64,000 nucleotides of DNA from Pocillopora damicornis. Lineage: Eukaryota. The notes below the pieces were generated by a model. The model was given only the letters and a program-made list of their open reading frames with translations. It did no database searches and was not told where the DNA came from. Numbering within the stretch: the first letter of the stretch is position 1; the number at the start of each line of letters is the position of its first letter. Shown piece after piece: positions 63,436 to 64,000 of this stretch. A program made the position numbers and the translations under genes. Location: the NCBI RefSeq assembly GCF_003704095.1, contig NW_020846522.1, positions 62,001-126,000 on the forward strand, read 5' to 3'.

Positions 63436-63887
63436 CAAAAGACACATATCACACTTTTCCAAGGCATTGTTTGTAGCTTTCAATACATTGTAGTCTAGAT
63501 TTTCTCCAAACCACACAACATGAGGACGGGCCAATTGTCCACAATTGGGCTGGACACACCTGAATTAAAATTTATAATTAATCAAAAAGATACATTAGGA
63601 ATGGAGTACCTATTTTAATAATACAGCAGAGTACCATAAACACCATTGTATAAGCTTCACTTGCAGATGAGCCACACCTCAAGTTTAGCAACTCAAATAT
63701 TGGAAAGAAATCAAAACTACTTTAAAACTTTCTGGCCACCCTGAAGGTGTTTGTGTATAGCAGAGTCTCAATAATAAAAAGACCCGAAATGTATGTTTGA
63801 CTATATTTAGACACGTTATCTCAAGTTTCTTACCTGGGTAGATCTTTCTTTGGAATCTTTGCATCCTGGGCATCAGGATCAGGTGCT
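63436..63887 (-). CDS. SIRT5: NAD-dependent deacylase sirtuin-5, two internal exons (partial)
   Basis: Exons 63834-63887 and 63436-63559 join to [40 protein letters not shown]...CDMCLL. 5' exons lie beyond the window. Confidence 0.92.
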
Positions 63888-64000
63888 CTGAAATCATGAA
63901 CAGTATATAATTTATAAAGTCAAAATCTGTGAAAAGTGACGTGAACAGTCAAAGGCACCAGTTGGAAAAGAATCAAAAATTCATTTTTTTTTTTCAATTT

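Overview
Eukaryotic, AT-rich, intron-containing animal DNA. The repeat landscape and the plant-like dsRBD gene suggest a cnidarian, probably a stony coral (inference). By reading splice sites and frames I rebuilt six recognisable genes: CHMP4/Snf7 (+, 5 exons), intronless PGLS (-), single-coding-exon RBM12-like (+), CIBAR1/FAM92 (-, 7 exons), ESRP/fusilli (+, 11-12 exons) and two exons of SIRT5 (-). A seventh gene encodes a Pro/RG-rich protein with at least 2, probably 3, dsRBDs resembling plant/cnidarian HYL1 (+). The first 8.5 kb holds three tandem, same-strand orphan ORFs that share short motifs. Main observations: (1) this orphan family; (2) a U12-type intron followed directly by a 6-nt microexon in CIBAR1, plus a second U12 intron in ESRP; (3) a compact multi-stem RNA structure in the presumptive 3' UTR of the HYL1-like gene; (4) the tail-to-tail RBM12-like/CIBAR1 pair, with ESRP and CHMP4 nearby, mirroring the human arrangement; (5) a Penelope-like end carrying a minimal hammerhead ribozyme. 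Many TTAA-flanked MITEs, a tRNA-like SINE, a 78-bp minisatellite and four assembly gaps are also present. All homology calls come from recalled family sequences, not from database searches.
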